From an uncultured delta proteobacterium (GTDB taxonomy: Bacteria; Myxococcota_A; UBA9160; SMWR01): a stretch of DNA of 64,000 nucleotides. Below, in pieces: positions 1-8,512 of this stretch (within the stretch, counting starts at the first letter, position 1; each line of letters starts with the position of its first letter). Where the stretch lies: assembly GCA_963832165.1 (NCBI GenBank), contig CAWHTE010000004.1:256001-320000 (forward strand). The letters run 5' to 3'. The translations under genes and the position numbers were made by a program. The notes beneath the pieces were generated by a model. That model had not been told where the DNA came from. It did not search any database and saw only the letters and a program-made list of their open reading frames with translations.

Positions 1-434
1 GACGGGTAGTCGATCGACTTGAAGTCGATCCGCCCGATGCCGGTCTTCGGGTCGAGCGAGCTCACCCCGCGCGAAACCGTATCGCGGTCGGAGAACATCA
101 TCGGCAGGTCGACCGAGGTGTGCATCACGGTCTCGGTCTCGGTCGCGACGAGCACCTTGCGCGTCTCGTTGTCGGGCGCGCGCGCGGGGTCGCGGCCCAC
201 GTCGCGCGCCGTGCGCGTGAGCTCGGCCGGCGTCGCGTCGATCGTGCCGCGCATCCGGTAGCGCACGAACGGCTCGCCTTCCTTCTGCTGCGAGAAGACC
301 TGGTAGGTGTAGCCCCGGCCCTCGCCCTTCTCGCCGGGCGTCCACGCCGCGTCGGTGGCTTGATCGGACGCCGACGGCGCGGCAGCGGCGAGCAGGCCGA
401 TCAGCACGAGGCAGGCGGATCGTCGGGTAGCCAT
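1..434 (-). CDS. Secreted START/SRPBCC-like lipid-binding domain protein (partial, runs off the window edge)
   Basis: Not in the ORF track; translated by hand from ATG at 434: MATRRSACLVLIGLLAAAAPSAS (signal peptide)...FVRYRMRGTIDATPAEL...VMHTSVDLPMMFSDRDTVSRG. This resembles the START-family DLPxPxSDRDxV segment. Confidence 0.6.
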   Translation of the reverse strand, partial: MATRRSACLVLIGLLAAAAPSASDQATDAAWTPGEKGEGRGYTYQVFSQQKEGEPFVRYRMRGTIDATPAELTRTARDVGRDPARAPDNETRKVLVATETETVMHTSVDLPMMFSDRDTVSRGVSSLDPKTGIGRIDFKSIDYP

Positions 435-526
435 GGCCGGAAGCTAGAGAAATTTCTCCACACGGACTCCGTGACAAACCCCTGGCTGGCGTAGTCAGGC
501 TCCCGACATCTCGATGGGGCAGAAAG

Positions 527-561
527 GGAAATCGGCTTCCGCGCGTGGGATCTCAGCTTCC
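527..561 (+). promoter_or_regulatory. Tandem palindromic boxes GGAAA-N4-CTTCC / GGATC-N4-CTTCC, candidate enhancer (UAS) for a sigma-54 activator
   Basis: ggaaa-tcgg-cttcc (527-540) and ggatc-tcag-cttcc (548-561) have centres 21 bp apart. The same arrangement recurs at 19656-19692. Confidence 0.5.
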
Positions 562-646
562 CCACAGGACTGCCGGTCAAGGTCCGTGGGCCGCCCTCTA
601 ACACGCGTAAAGCGCTTCCCAGGGCTCTGTTAATTTGTCTGGACAG

Positions 647-662
647 TGGCTCGGCTCTTGCA
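647..662 (+). promoter_or_regulatory. Sigma-54 (RpoN) -24/-12 promoter motif
   Basis: TGGCTCGGCTCTTGCA has exact GG-N10-GC spacing and lies about 120 bp upstream of a PEP-CTERM gene. Confidence 0.6.
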
Positions 663-783
663 CGAAAATAACCCGAATCCGGGAAGGGAATCGCGTCGAC
701 CCGACGCGGCATTGCGCCCCTTCTATCCGGGCCATCGAGCTGTCTCGGGCCGCCGAGCGCAAATGCTGCAGGGGAGTAATCAC

Positions 784-1704
784 ATGTCGAAGCGCTTCGG
801 TGCACGGTGCCTGGTGCTGGTGGGTCTGGTGTGCAGTTTCGCGGCCTCCGCCTCGGCGGCTCCGCTGCTCTACAAGGTGGTGCAGGAAGACAGCGAGATC
901 GAGGCGACGTTCCGCGTCGGTTACGACGTGGACGTGAGCCTCGACCCGCTCAACGCCTTTCCGCAGAGCGGAGATCTGGTGGGCACGTCGACCACATTCC
1001 CGTCGGGACTGTCGAGAGTGATCGCGGACGTGGGCCTGCCGGACGGCTTCAACGATGGCGCCAACGGGATCACGTTTTCGCAGCTCTCGATCATCACGAA
1101 CAACCTGCCCGGTGAGCTCACGAGCGTCGGCCTGATCAGCGTGCCGCTCAGTCTCACGGGGGAGCCCACTCAAGCGATTGCCTTCTTCGCGAGCGTGAGC
1201 AACTTCTCGATCGTGCTCAACGCGCCGTTCACGTCGACGACGTTCACTCCGAGCGTGAACCCGAACGAGTGGCTCTGGACGGGTGTCGGCAACGTGACGA
1301 TCTCGGGGACGCTCAAGCCGCACGTCGAAATTCCAACCGTACAGACGATCGACTTTCCCGATACTCCGTTCAGCCAGGTTCTGGACGTCCCGCTGCTGGG
1401 CACGTTCTCGGGCGACAATACCTCGACGAAGATCCAGGTCGGGATCCCGATCAATACGCTGCACAACCTGAATCTCGGCCTCCCGGCGATCGATCAGAAT
1501 CTCGACATCGGGGGCCTCATCAGCCCCCTGCTTGCGGGCCTGATCACGACCTCCTTCCACCTCGACACTCTCGTGTTGGGCGATATCTCGACCTCGGTCG
1601 TGTACGTCAACGACACGCAACCGATTCCCGAGCCCGGCACGGCGCCCCTGGTCGGCCTCGGGCTGGTTGGGCTCGCGATCCGGCGGCGCCGCGCGTCGCG
1701 CTGA
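784..1704 (+). CDS. PEP-CTERM sorting-domain surface protein (acidic, Ser/Thr/Pro-rich)
   Basis: RBS ggggag before ATG 784; signal peptide ending ASASA; C-terminus IPEPGTAPLVGLGLVGLAIRRRRASR (PEP, TM helix, basic tail). Confidence 0.9.
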   Translation: MSKRFGARCLVLVGLVCSFAASASAAPLLYKVVQEDSEIEATFRVGYDVDVSLDPLNAFPQSGDLVGTSTTFPSGLSRVIADVGLPDGFNDGANGITFSQLSIITNNLPGELTSVGLISVPLSLTGEPTQAIAFFASVSNFSIVLNAPFTSTTFTPSVNPNEWLWTGVGNVTISGTLKPHVEIPTVQTIDFPDTPFSQVLDVPLLGTFSGDNTSTKIQVGIPINTLHNLNLGLPAIDQNLDIGGLISPLLAGLITTSFHLDTLVLGDISTSVVYVNDTQPIPEPGTAPLVGLGLVGLAIRRRRASR

Positions 1705-1713
1705 GCTTCTCGC

Positions 1714-3834
1714 TCAGGGCTCTCGGGTCGCGGGTGCGCTGAGCGTGCGCGCGAGGGCCCGGGCCTGGGCCGTCGTGAGCAACGGCAGCTGGTGGATCCG
1801 AGCTTCCGCTTCGTCGGCGGCCAGCGAGGGAAGGGCACGCGCGAGCGCGATCGTCGCGCGCAACAGACCGTCGCGGTCCTCGCGCCCCTCGAGCTCGGCG
1901 GCGGCGGCGCGCGCCTGATCGCGCCGGCCCGTACGCAAGAGCGACCAGACGATCCGGCGCTTCGGCCCGACCGCCTGCGGATCGAGCCCGACGAGCTCCG
2001 CCTCGCGTTCGAGCGCGGCGTCGTAGTCGCCTAACAGTGCATGCAGCGATGCGGTGCGGATCAGCGCCGGGACCCGTGTGCGCGGGGCGCCTTCTCGCGC
2101 AGCGTCGCGCTCGAGCTGCTCGAAGTTTGCTGGCACGAGGCCGTGTCGGATCGCCCAGTCCGGTTGCTCGCGGATCACGCGCGCCGGCTCGAACCCGCGC
2201 GCGGCGTCGAAAGGAACTCCCTCGCGTGCGTAGAGCTCGCTCATGCGCCGCAGATTGGACGCGTTGCGGGCGCTCGCGCGCAGATAGAGCGCGCTCGTGG
2301 CGTTTCGGAAGATCGGGATCCAGTCCGGTGTGCGCTCGAGGTGCGCGGTCGTCGATCGCGGCGCCAGGGGACCGGAATCCGGCATTCCGGTGCCCAGGAA
2401 CAGATCGAGATCGAAGCGATCGAGCAGGTCGGGAAACGATTCACCGCTTGCCAGGCCGCTGCGCTTGCGCATCGCGAAGTAGGCGCCCATCACCTTCGGC
2501 GGAAAGTTGAGGGAGCCATTCACGTAGGTCTGGACGTCCGGAGCGAGCCAGAAGCCCGCGAAGCCGCCGAGCTCGTAGTCGGTGAACAGGTGCCCCTCGA
2601 GCCCGGCGTCGCGCATCACCCAGATCGCGTCCGCGTAGTATTTGTTCGCGGCGTAGGGCCGCGCGTAGCTCGCGCGCGTCGGCTGCAGCACGTCCGAGAT
2701 CCTCGGCCACGGGCCGATCCAGACGAAGCCCGCGAGCAGCGCGAGGCCCGTCATCGCGGACAACGCGCCGATCGCGCGCGGGGCGCGGTCGCTCGGCCGC
2801 CACGTGGCCCCCGCCTGCGCGCACAAGAGCAAAGGGAACACTCCGAGCCAGAGGAAGCGGGATGCCGCGATCATCGCCACGAGCGCCGCCCAGGCCAGCG
2901 CGACGAGCGCGGGGTCGATCCCGGCGTGCACCGGGTTGCTCGCGCGCGTTCGCCATCCAGCGACGGCGCGCGCGGTCGCAGCGAGCGTGCCCGCGATCAG
3001 GGCCCAGGCCAGCAGCCATTCGGCCCGGCTCGGACCCGGCCCGGGCGCGGGCCACGCGAAGAGCGAGAGCGGAAGCCACTCGTCCTGGATGATGCTCAGC
3101 GTCGGCGACTGTGCACCGGACACGACGTAGGCGAGATGCGGCTCGAAGCCCGCAGGGTTTGCGAGTGTGGCAAGCCCTGCCAGCACGCCCACGAGCGCGA
3201 GACGCTCGAGCCGCGCGCGATCGGCGGGCACGGCGCCCGCGAGGATCGCCGCGCACGCAACGCCGGCGATCGCCGTCGCCACGAGGATGAGTCCGAGCAC
3301 GAAGCCCGCGTGAAGGTTCGCCCAGAGCGCCATTCCGAGCGTGCACAGCGCGATCCGTATCGCGGAGGGTCCTGCGCGCGGGCAGAGCACGAGTGCGTAG
3401 AGCGCGAGCGTGGCGAGCAGCGTCGCGAGGTCGGGGCGCAGCTGGAAGATGCGGTAGGCGGAGAGTGTCGCGAACGCGGACAGCGCGAGCGCCATCACGC
3501 GACCGGAACCGGACTCGCGGCGCAGCAGCAGCGCGGCAAGCGCGAGCACGGACGCTGCACACGCGACGTGCGCCACGCGGAGCCCTGCGAAGCCGCCTCG
3601 CGCGAGAATCTGCGCCATCGCGACGTCGGCGAGCCACGAGCTCGTGCTCGCGGGGCGCACCGCCGTGAACAGGAGCGGATCCGCGTCGAGCCATGGGCCG
3701 TCGCGCGCGAACGCGAGGCCGTGCGCGAGGTGCCACCACGCGTCGTCGGTGGCGACCGGCCGTCCGACCGCGACGAGCAGCAGCACCACCACGGCCGCGC
3801 ACGCCGCGCAGGAGATGACATCGCTCGAGCGCAA
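1714..3834 (-). CDS. Polytopic membrane protein, GT-C-fold glycosyltransferase-like, with periplasmic domain and C-terminal TPR-like helices (paralog 1)
   Basis: Acidic TDDAWWHL motif after TM1, QLRPD, LWANLHAGF, many TM helices, then a soluble domain with LFTDYELGGFAGFWL. Collinear with 8513-10603. Confidence 0.65.
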   Translation of the reverse strand: MRSSDVISCAACAAVVVLLLVAVGRPVATDDAWWHLAHGLAFARDGPWLDADPLLFTAVRPASTSSWLADVAMAQILARGGFAGLRVAHVACAASVLALAALLLRRESGSGRVMALALSAFATLSAYRIFQLRPDLATLLATLALYALVLCPRAGPSAIRIALCTLGMALWANLHAGFVLGLILVATAIAGVACAAILAGAVPADRARLERLALVGVLAGLATLANPAGFEPHLAYVVSGAQSPTLSIIQDEWLPLSLFAWPAPGPGPSRAEWLLAWALIAGTLAATARAVAGWRTRASNPVHAGIDPALVALAWAALVAMIAASRFLWLGVFPLLLCAQAGATWRPSDRAPRAIGALSAMTGLALLAGFVWIGPWPRISDVLQPTRASYARPYAANKYYADAIWVMRDAGLEGHLFTDYELGGFAGFWLAPDVQTYVNGSLNFPPKVMGAYFAMRKRSGLASGESFPDLLDRFDLDLFLGTGMPDSGPLAPRSTTAHLERTPDWIPIFRNATSALYLRASARNASNLRRMSELYAREGVPFDAARGFEPARVIREQPDWAIRHGLVPANFEQLERDAAREGAPRTRVPALIRTASLHALLGDYDAALEREAELVGLDPQAVGPKRRIVWSLLRTGRRDQARAAAAELEGREDRDGLLRATIALARALPSLAADEAEARIHQLPLLTTAQARALARTLSAPATREP

Positions 3835-3909
3835 GCGCGCGCGACGCTAGCGCGCCTGCGGGACGGGCTCCCGTCTGGGCTAGCGTTGCAGGTCGCGCGG
3901 AGGACACGC

Positions 3910-4908
3910 GTGGATCGCTTCATCGTCGGCACTGGGCGCTGCGGCTCGACGCTGCTCTCGCAGATGCTGGCCGAGCACCCGGGCGCGCTCTCGGTGTTCG
4001 AGCTGTTCAACGGCATCGACTGGGCGCGGCGCTTCGCGCCCGAGGCGATCGACGGCGAGAGCTATGGCGCGCTGATCGCGTCCGAGCAGCCCTTCGTCAC
4101 CGCCGTGCTGCGCCGCGGTTACGACGTGTCCGAGATCATCTATCCCTTCGAGACCGGCCGTCACGGCCGCGGCGATCCGCTGCCGTGGATCCTCGTGGCG
4201 ATGCTGCCGCGCCTCGCGGCCGACCCGGATTCGCTCTTCGACGAGGTGATGGCGCGCGTGAAGGGACACCCGACCCAGCCGGCGCTCTCGCATCACCGCA
4301 TGCTGTTCGCGTGGCTCATGGAGCGGCTCCACAAGTCCTTCTGGCTCGAGCGCTCGGGCTCTTCGTTCGACTATCTCGGCGAGCTGATCCGGCACTTCCC
4401 GGACGCGCGCTTCCTGCACATCCACCGGGACGGGCCCGAGACCGCGCTCTCGATGGTGCACCACCACGCCTATCGCCTGCCGATCTCGCTGATCTACGGC
4501 GCGCCGCTCGACGACGGCGCGCGTCTCGCCGATCTCGGTCCGCTCGATCTGCACGCGGTGCCGACCGGCCGCGACGCGATCTCGCGCGTACTCGCATCGC
4601 GCCCGCCGCCGGCACTCTTCGGCCGCTACTGGTGCGATCAGGTCCTGCACGGATACCGCGCGCTGCGCGAGCTCGATGCGGATCGCTACGCCGAGGTGCG
4701 CTTCGAGGATCTCGTGGAGCGGCCGCACGAGGTGCTGGCCGGGATCGCGGGGTTCTTCGCGCTGCCCGACGGCGGCGATTGGATTCCGCGCGCGGCGGGT
4801 CTGATCCGCGGGACTCCCGCGCGGCGCGTGCCCGAGCTCGCGTGCGAGGAGCGCGATGCGCTCGAGGCCGCGTGCCGGCCCGGGCAGGTACTCCTGGGTC
4901 GCGCATAG
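3910..4908 (+). CDS. PAPS-dependent sulfotransferase
   Basis: GTG at 3910 after RBS ggagga; 5'-PSB loop FIVGTGRCGSTLL; 3'-PB motif FLHIHRDGPETALS; VRFEDLVERP. Confidence 0.88.
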   Translation: MDRFIVGTGRCGSTLLSQMLAEHPGALSVFELFNGIDWARRFAPEAIDGESYGALIASEQPFVTAVLRRGYDVSEIIYPFETGRHGRGDPLPWILVAMLPRLAADPDSLFDEVMARVKGHPTQPALSHHRMLFAWLMERLHKSFWLERSGSSFDYLGELIRHFPDARFLHIHRDGPETALSMVHHHAYRLPISLIYGAPLDDGARLADLGPLDLHAVPTGRDAISRVLASRPPPALFGRYWCDQVLHGYRALRELDADRYAEVRFEDLVERPHEVLAGIAGFFALPDGGDWIPRAAGLIRGTPARRVPELACEERDALEAACRPGQVLLGRA

Positions 4909-4911
4909 CCG

Positions 4912-6369
4912 CTACGAGGGGGGCACCTTCCACATCGGGAAGACCTTCTCGGGCTCGCACGTCTCCTCGACGATCCACTTCGCCATGCGGCGCAGCGGCT
5001 CGATCGCATCCTGCGGCATCGCGATCGCGACGTGGCAGGCATAGCCGAGCGACGTGAGCCGCTGCGCGCCGAACAGCGGCAGAAGATCGCGCAGCTCGGT
5101 CTTGAGCTTCTCGGGGTAGATGCCGACGGTCTGGGTGTAGGCCGTGACGGCGTCGGTGACCTTGCGGATGTCGTCGACCGGAACCACGTTGGCGACGCGG
5201 CCCGAGAGGAGCGGGGAGTAGTCGACGGGCTCGTCGATCTGCGACACGATGATCGCGCCCTCGTTGCGCTCGCCGCCGATCACGCGGAACCACTCATCCG
5301 CCATGCGCGATGCGTTCAGGTGGTCGCGCAGCTCGCGATCGAAGCTCTTCGGCGCGGTGCTGATGTGATCGGGCAGTGACACGAGCGCCTCGTAGATCGC
5401 CTCTCCGAGCCGGTTGGCGTTCGCGACGCCGGCTGCATCGGTTCCGCACAGCACGTAGATCACGCGCGCGCACGCGCAGCCCTCCTGGTTCGCGACGCCG
5501 ATGTCGCAGGCCGCGCGCAGGGCCACCTCGCGCATCGTCTCCTCGCTCTCGAACGCCTCGGGCCCGATGATCGTCGCGCTGCGCTTCGGATCGAGCGCGA
5601 TCAGCTCGAGGCCGGGCTGGAGGTAGCGCGTCACGTGTTTCACCGAAGCGAAGCCGCCCCACGCGACGATCTTCTCGACCTTCTCGGGCCGGTAGAGCTG
5701 TTCCTCGATCGCGGTGTCGCCGCCCTTCCAATAGGCGACCGCGAGGTGCTTCGTGAGCGGGTGCCCCGGAGCGACTTCGGCAAGCGTGCGCGCGATCGCC
5801 ATTGCCGTGAGCGGGTCGTTCGACGGAATCTTGATGATCGCGTCGCTGCGCGTGATCGCGTTGCGGATGATCGTCACCGCGGACACGAGCCCGCCGTTGC
5901 CGGCGGGCACGTGCAGCGCGCGCGCACCGAACGCGCGGATCCGCAGCTCGCGTCCGTCGGCGAGCGTGCGCGAGACCCAGCCCTCGAGGTAGTCGATACC
6001 GATCCTGGCCTCGGCGACCTCGTACACGTTCTCGCGCCGGAACACGGTGGGAAGGCCCACGTAGCTGTTGCGCAGGATCGACGCGGGGTAGTTCGAGGCG
6101 ACGAGACCGGCCTGATAGGCCTCCTGGATGTGGCGGTTCTTCTCGATGTCGAGCGCGCGCCCGAGCTCGGCCAGCACGTCCGCGATCTCCGCGAACGGCA
6201 CGGCCTGGAGATCGGCGAGCGCCATCGGGCTCGCGAGCGGCAGCCGGTCGACGTATTTGCGGGGGTCGGGCGCCGAGAACGCACCGGCGCTCGAGCGGCC
6301 GCCGAATTCGATCCAGTCGTCCTGGATCAGCTCGCCGCGCAGGAACATCGGTACGCGGAACGCGCTCAT
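4912..6369 (-). CDS. LuxC-like acyl-CoA/acyl-protein reductase
   Basis: HVPAGN, IKIPSNDP, IVAWGG, DPKRS and NQEGCAC (candidate catalytic Cys) match the LuxC-type aldehyde-dehydrogenase fold. Confidence 0.85.
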   Translation of the reverse strand: MSAFRVPMFLRGELIQDDWIEFGGRSSAGAFSAPDPRKYVDRLPLASPMALADLQAVPFAEIADVLAELGRALDIEKNRHIQEAYQAGLVASNYPASILRNSYVGLPTVFRRENVYEVAEARIGIDYLEGWVSRTLADGRELRIRAFGARALHVPAGNGGLVSAVTIIRNAITRSDAIIKIPSNDPLTAMAIARTLAEVAPGHPLTKHLAVAYWKGGDTAIEEQLYRPEKVEKIVAWGGFASVKHVTRYLQPGLELIALDPKRSATIIGPEAFESEETMREVALRAACDIGVANQEGCACARVIYVLCGTDAAGVANANRLGEAIYEALVSLPDHISTAPKSFDRELRDHLNASRMADEWFRVIGGERNEGAIIVSQIDEPVDYSPLLSGRVANVVPVDDIRKVTDAVTAYTQTVGIYPEKLKTELRDLLPLFGAQRLTSLGYACHVAIAMPQDAIEPLRRMAKWIVEETCEPEKVFPMWKVPPS

Positions 6370-7787
6370 CCCTCGATCCCCTGCATGAAGCGCAGCGCCT
6401 CGGACTTGACCTCCTCGGTGGCGGAGCAGCTGATCCGATCGTCCTCGACGCCTTGCTTCTCGCTGTAGCGCATGATCTCGTGCGCGATGTGCACGCTCGC
6501 GAGGCCGCAGCGGCAGGGCGTGCTCCAGTCGATCGTGATCTCGTCGCCCGAGATGATCCCGCCCCAGTGGCTGTTGTTCAGGAAGTCGTAGAATGCGGCG
6601 CGCCCGGTGCGTACGCCCTCGCGCGGCAGCGGCTCGCTGGTGTCCGGGTCGAGCAGGAACGGAATCACCCAGGGCTGCACGTGGTAGTGCTTCTCGTCAC
6701 AGGCCCAGTGGAACGCGCTGATCTCGGACATCCCGTATCCCTCCTGGATCCGGTCGACGCCGAGGAACTCCTGGATCACGTCCATGTAGTTCTCGGGCAG
6801 CACGAAGCCCTTGAGGCCGCCGCCGGTCAGGATCGCCGAGTTGCTCGCGAACACGTTCTTCACGCCGCGCTTCAGTCCCTCGACCGCGAGCTCGTACATC
6901 AGGTGATAGGCGCCAGTCATGAACACGCGCTTGCCCGCGAGCTGCGAGGTGCAGCGCTCGAAGAACGCCGCCATCTCCTGGGGGCGGCGCGCCTCCATCG
7001 CCTCGAACTCGCTCTTGCGCGCGAGCAGCTTCGGGTCGATCTGCACGCGGTCGAGCTCGCCTCGCGACGCGGCCCGGCGCAGCTTGCTCGCGAGGAACAT
7101 CAGGTCGGCGCTCACCTCCTCGGTGTAGAGCGCGTGGAAGCGGGTCTCGTCGCCACCCGTGAACGAGCGCTTCAGCATGTCCGCGATGCGCAGGTGGCCG
7201 AGCTTTCCCTTCGCGTAATTGGGCCAGATCACGTCGACCTTGGGATCGAGCTCCTCGGGCGTGGGCGCCTTTCCGAAGCGCTGGAACAGGAACATCTTCC
7301 AGAGCTCCATGTTCTGGATCGCTCCGGCTCTCTCTTTCGGAATGATCGAGATCGTGCCCGTGGTGCCGGACGACGTGATCACCTCGAGCGGGGTCTGCGC
7401 GTCGAGTCGATCGATCCACTCGTCGATGCTCTCGCACCCCGCGACGTCGACGCGCGAGAGATCGTGGCTCGTGAGCGTGTCGAGCCACTTCGTCATCAGA
7501 TCGAAGCGCTTCTTGTCGAGCAGCGAGGCCGGGTAGGACTTGAACGCCGTATGCGCGAAGAACAGCGGCACGACGTCGTCGAACTCGCGCAGCTCCTTGA
7601 TCCCGAGCCGGTCGGCGAGCTTGCGCACCATCGAGATGCTCTCGCGGTGCTCCGCGAACCGGCGCGCCATCGCCTCGCGCTGGAGCAGCTCGAGCTCGTC
7701 GCGCGGGATCTGGTGCATGTTCGTGATGGAGCGGTCGAAGAAGGCCGCCGGATCGTTCATGAACGTCTCGATGCGGGAATCGGTCAT
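6366..7787 (-). CDS. LuxE-like acyl-protein synthetase
   Basis: Adenylation loop TSSGTTG, TGGGLKG, YGMSE, HVQPWV, DPDTSEPLP and C-terminal RISCS Cys. 4-bp overlap with the luxC-like gene. Confidence 0.8.
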   Translation of the reverse strand: MTDSRIETFMNDPAAFFDRSITNMHQIPRDELELLQREAMARRFAEHRESISMVRKLADRLGIKELREFDDVVPLFFAHTAFKSYPASLLDKKRFDLMTKWLDTLTSHDLSRVDVAGCESIDEWIDRLDAQTPLEVITSSGTTGTISIIPKERAGAIQNMELWKMFLFQRFGKAPTPEELDPKVDVIWPNYAKGKLGHLRIADMLKRSFTGGDETRFHALYTEEVSADLMFLASKLRRAASRGELDRVQIDPKLLARKSEFEAMEARRPQEMAAFFERCTSQLAGKRVFMTGAYHLMYELAVEGLKRGVKNVFASNSAILTGGGLKGFVLPENYMDVIQEFLGVDRIQEGYGMSEISAFHWACDEKHYHVQPWVIPFLLDPDTSEPLPREGVRTGRAAFYDFLNNSHWGGIISGDEITIDWSTPCRCGLASVHIAHEIMRYSEKQGVEDDRISCSATEEVKSEALRFMQGIEG

Positions 7788-8443
7788 CGGGTCCCCTTTG
7801 CGGGCCGGCGTCCGCTCTGGCGCGGCGCGGCGGTGAAGAGCACGAGCAGCGCGTCGGCGGCCTCGCGCAGCTCGCGACGCAGGTCGTAGGACGGCTGTGC
7901 GCTCCAGTTGCTGAGCGCGGTGGTGATCGCGCCGAGCAGCAGGTCGGCGAGCACTTCGGGGCGGATGCGCCGGCTGATCTCGCCGCGCTCGGCTCCGTTC
8001 GCGACGAAGCGCTGCGCGGCGCTCCCGAGCGAGCGATCGCGCACCACCTCGCTGCCGCCCTCGACGCGGATGTGGAGCATCTCGCCGACGAGCTCGCGGT
8101 AGAGCGGGCGCTCAGCGAGATAGTCGGCGACCCGACCGAACAGCTCGCGCAGGCGCTCGCGCATGGGTCGGACGTCGCGCGCGGCTTCGTCGAACAGCGA
8201 AGCCATCTGGGTCGCGCGCTGCTGAGCGATCTCCTGATAGAGGTGCTCGCGTGTCTCGAAGTGGTTGAAGAACGTGCGCGGTGCGACGTCGGCGCGCTCG
8301 CAGATGTCCTCGATCTTCGCGCCGCGCACCCCGCGCTGCTGGAACAGGTCGATCGCGGCGTCGATCAACGCCTGGCGGTTGCGGTGGCGCCGCTGCTCGA
8401 AGCGCGAGGCCGGGCGACGCGAGACGGCGGTGGAGCGATTCAC
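7784..8443 (-). CDS. TetR/AcrR family transcriptional regulator
   Basis: HTH LIDAAIDLFQQRG...IEDICERADVAPRTFFNHFETRE; overlaps the luxE-like start. Confidence 0.93.
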   Translation of the reverse strand: MNRSTAVSRRPASRFEQRRHRNRQALIDAAIDLFQQRGVRGAKIEDICERADVAPRTFFNHFETREHLYQEIAQQRATQMASLFDEAARDVRPMRERLRELFGRVADYLAERPLYRELVGEMLHIRVEGGSEVVRDRSLGSAAQRFVANGAERGEISRRIRPEVLADLLLGAITTALSNWSAQPSYDLRRELREAADALLVLFTAAPRQSGRRPAKGTR

Positions 8444-8461
8444 GGGCGCGAAGGTACTCTA

Positions 8462-8489
8462 ATATGCAGTTGAATGCAATAGTGCATAT
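8462..8489. promoter_or_regulatory. AT-rich inverted repeat, candidate TetR operator
   Basis: ATATGCA-N14-TGCATAT with nested TGCAGTTGAATGCA, about 20 bp upstream of the tetR start; AT-rich island in high-GC DNA. Confidence 0.55.
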
Positions 8490-8512
8490 ATATGAAAACT
8501 GAGCCGGTCGAG

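Noticed and set aside
2041..3909. Apparent 955-aa sulfotransferase with a long N-terminal extension
   Set aside because: The extension is antisense to the GT-C-like gene. An RBS and GTG at 3910 directly precede the PAPS-binding loop.
4912..7787. Bioluminescence (lux) operon
   Set aside because: No luxA, luxB, luxD or luxG is present; only the acid-reductase components.
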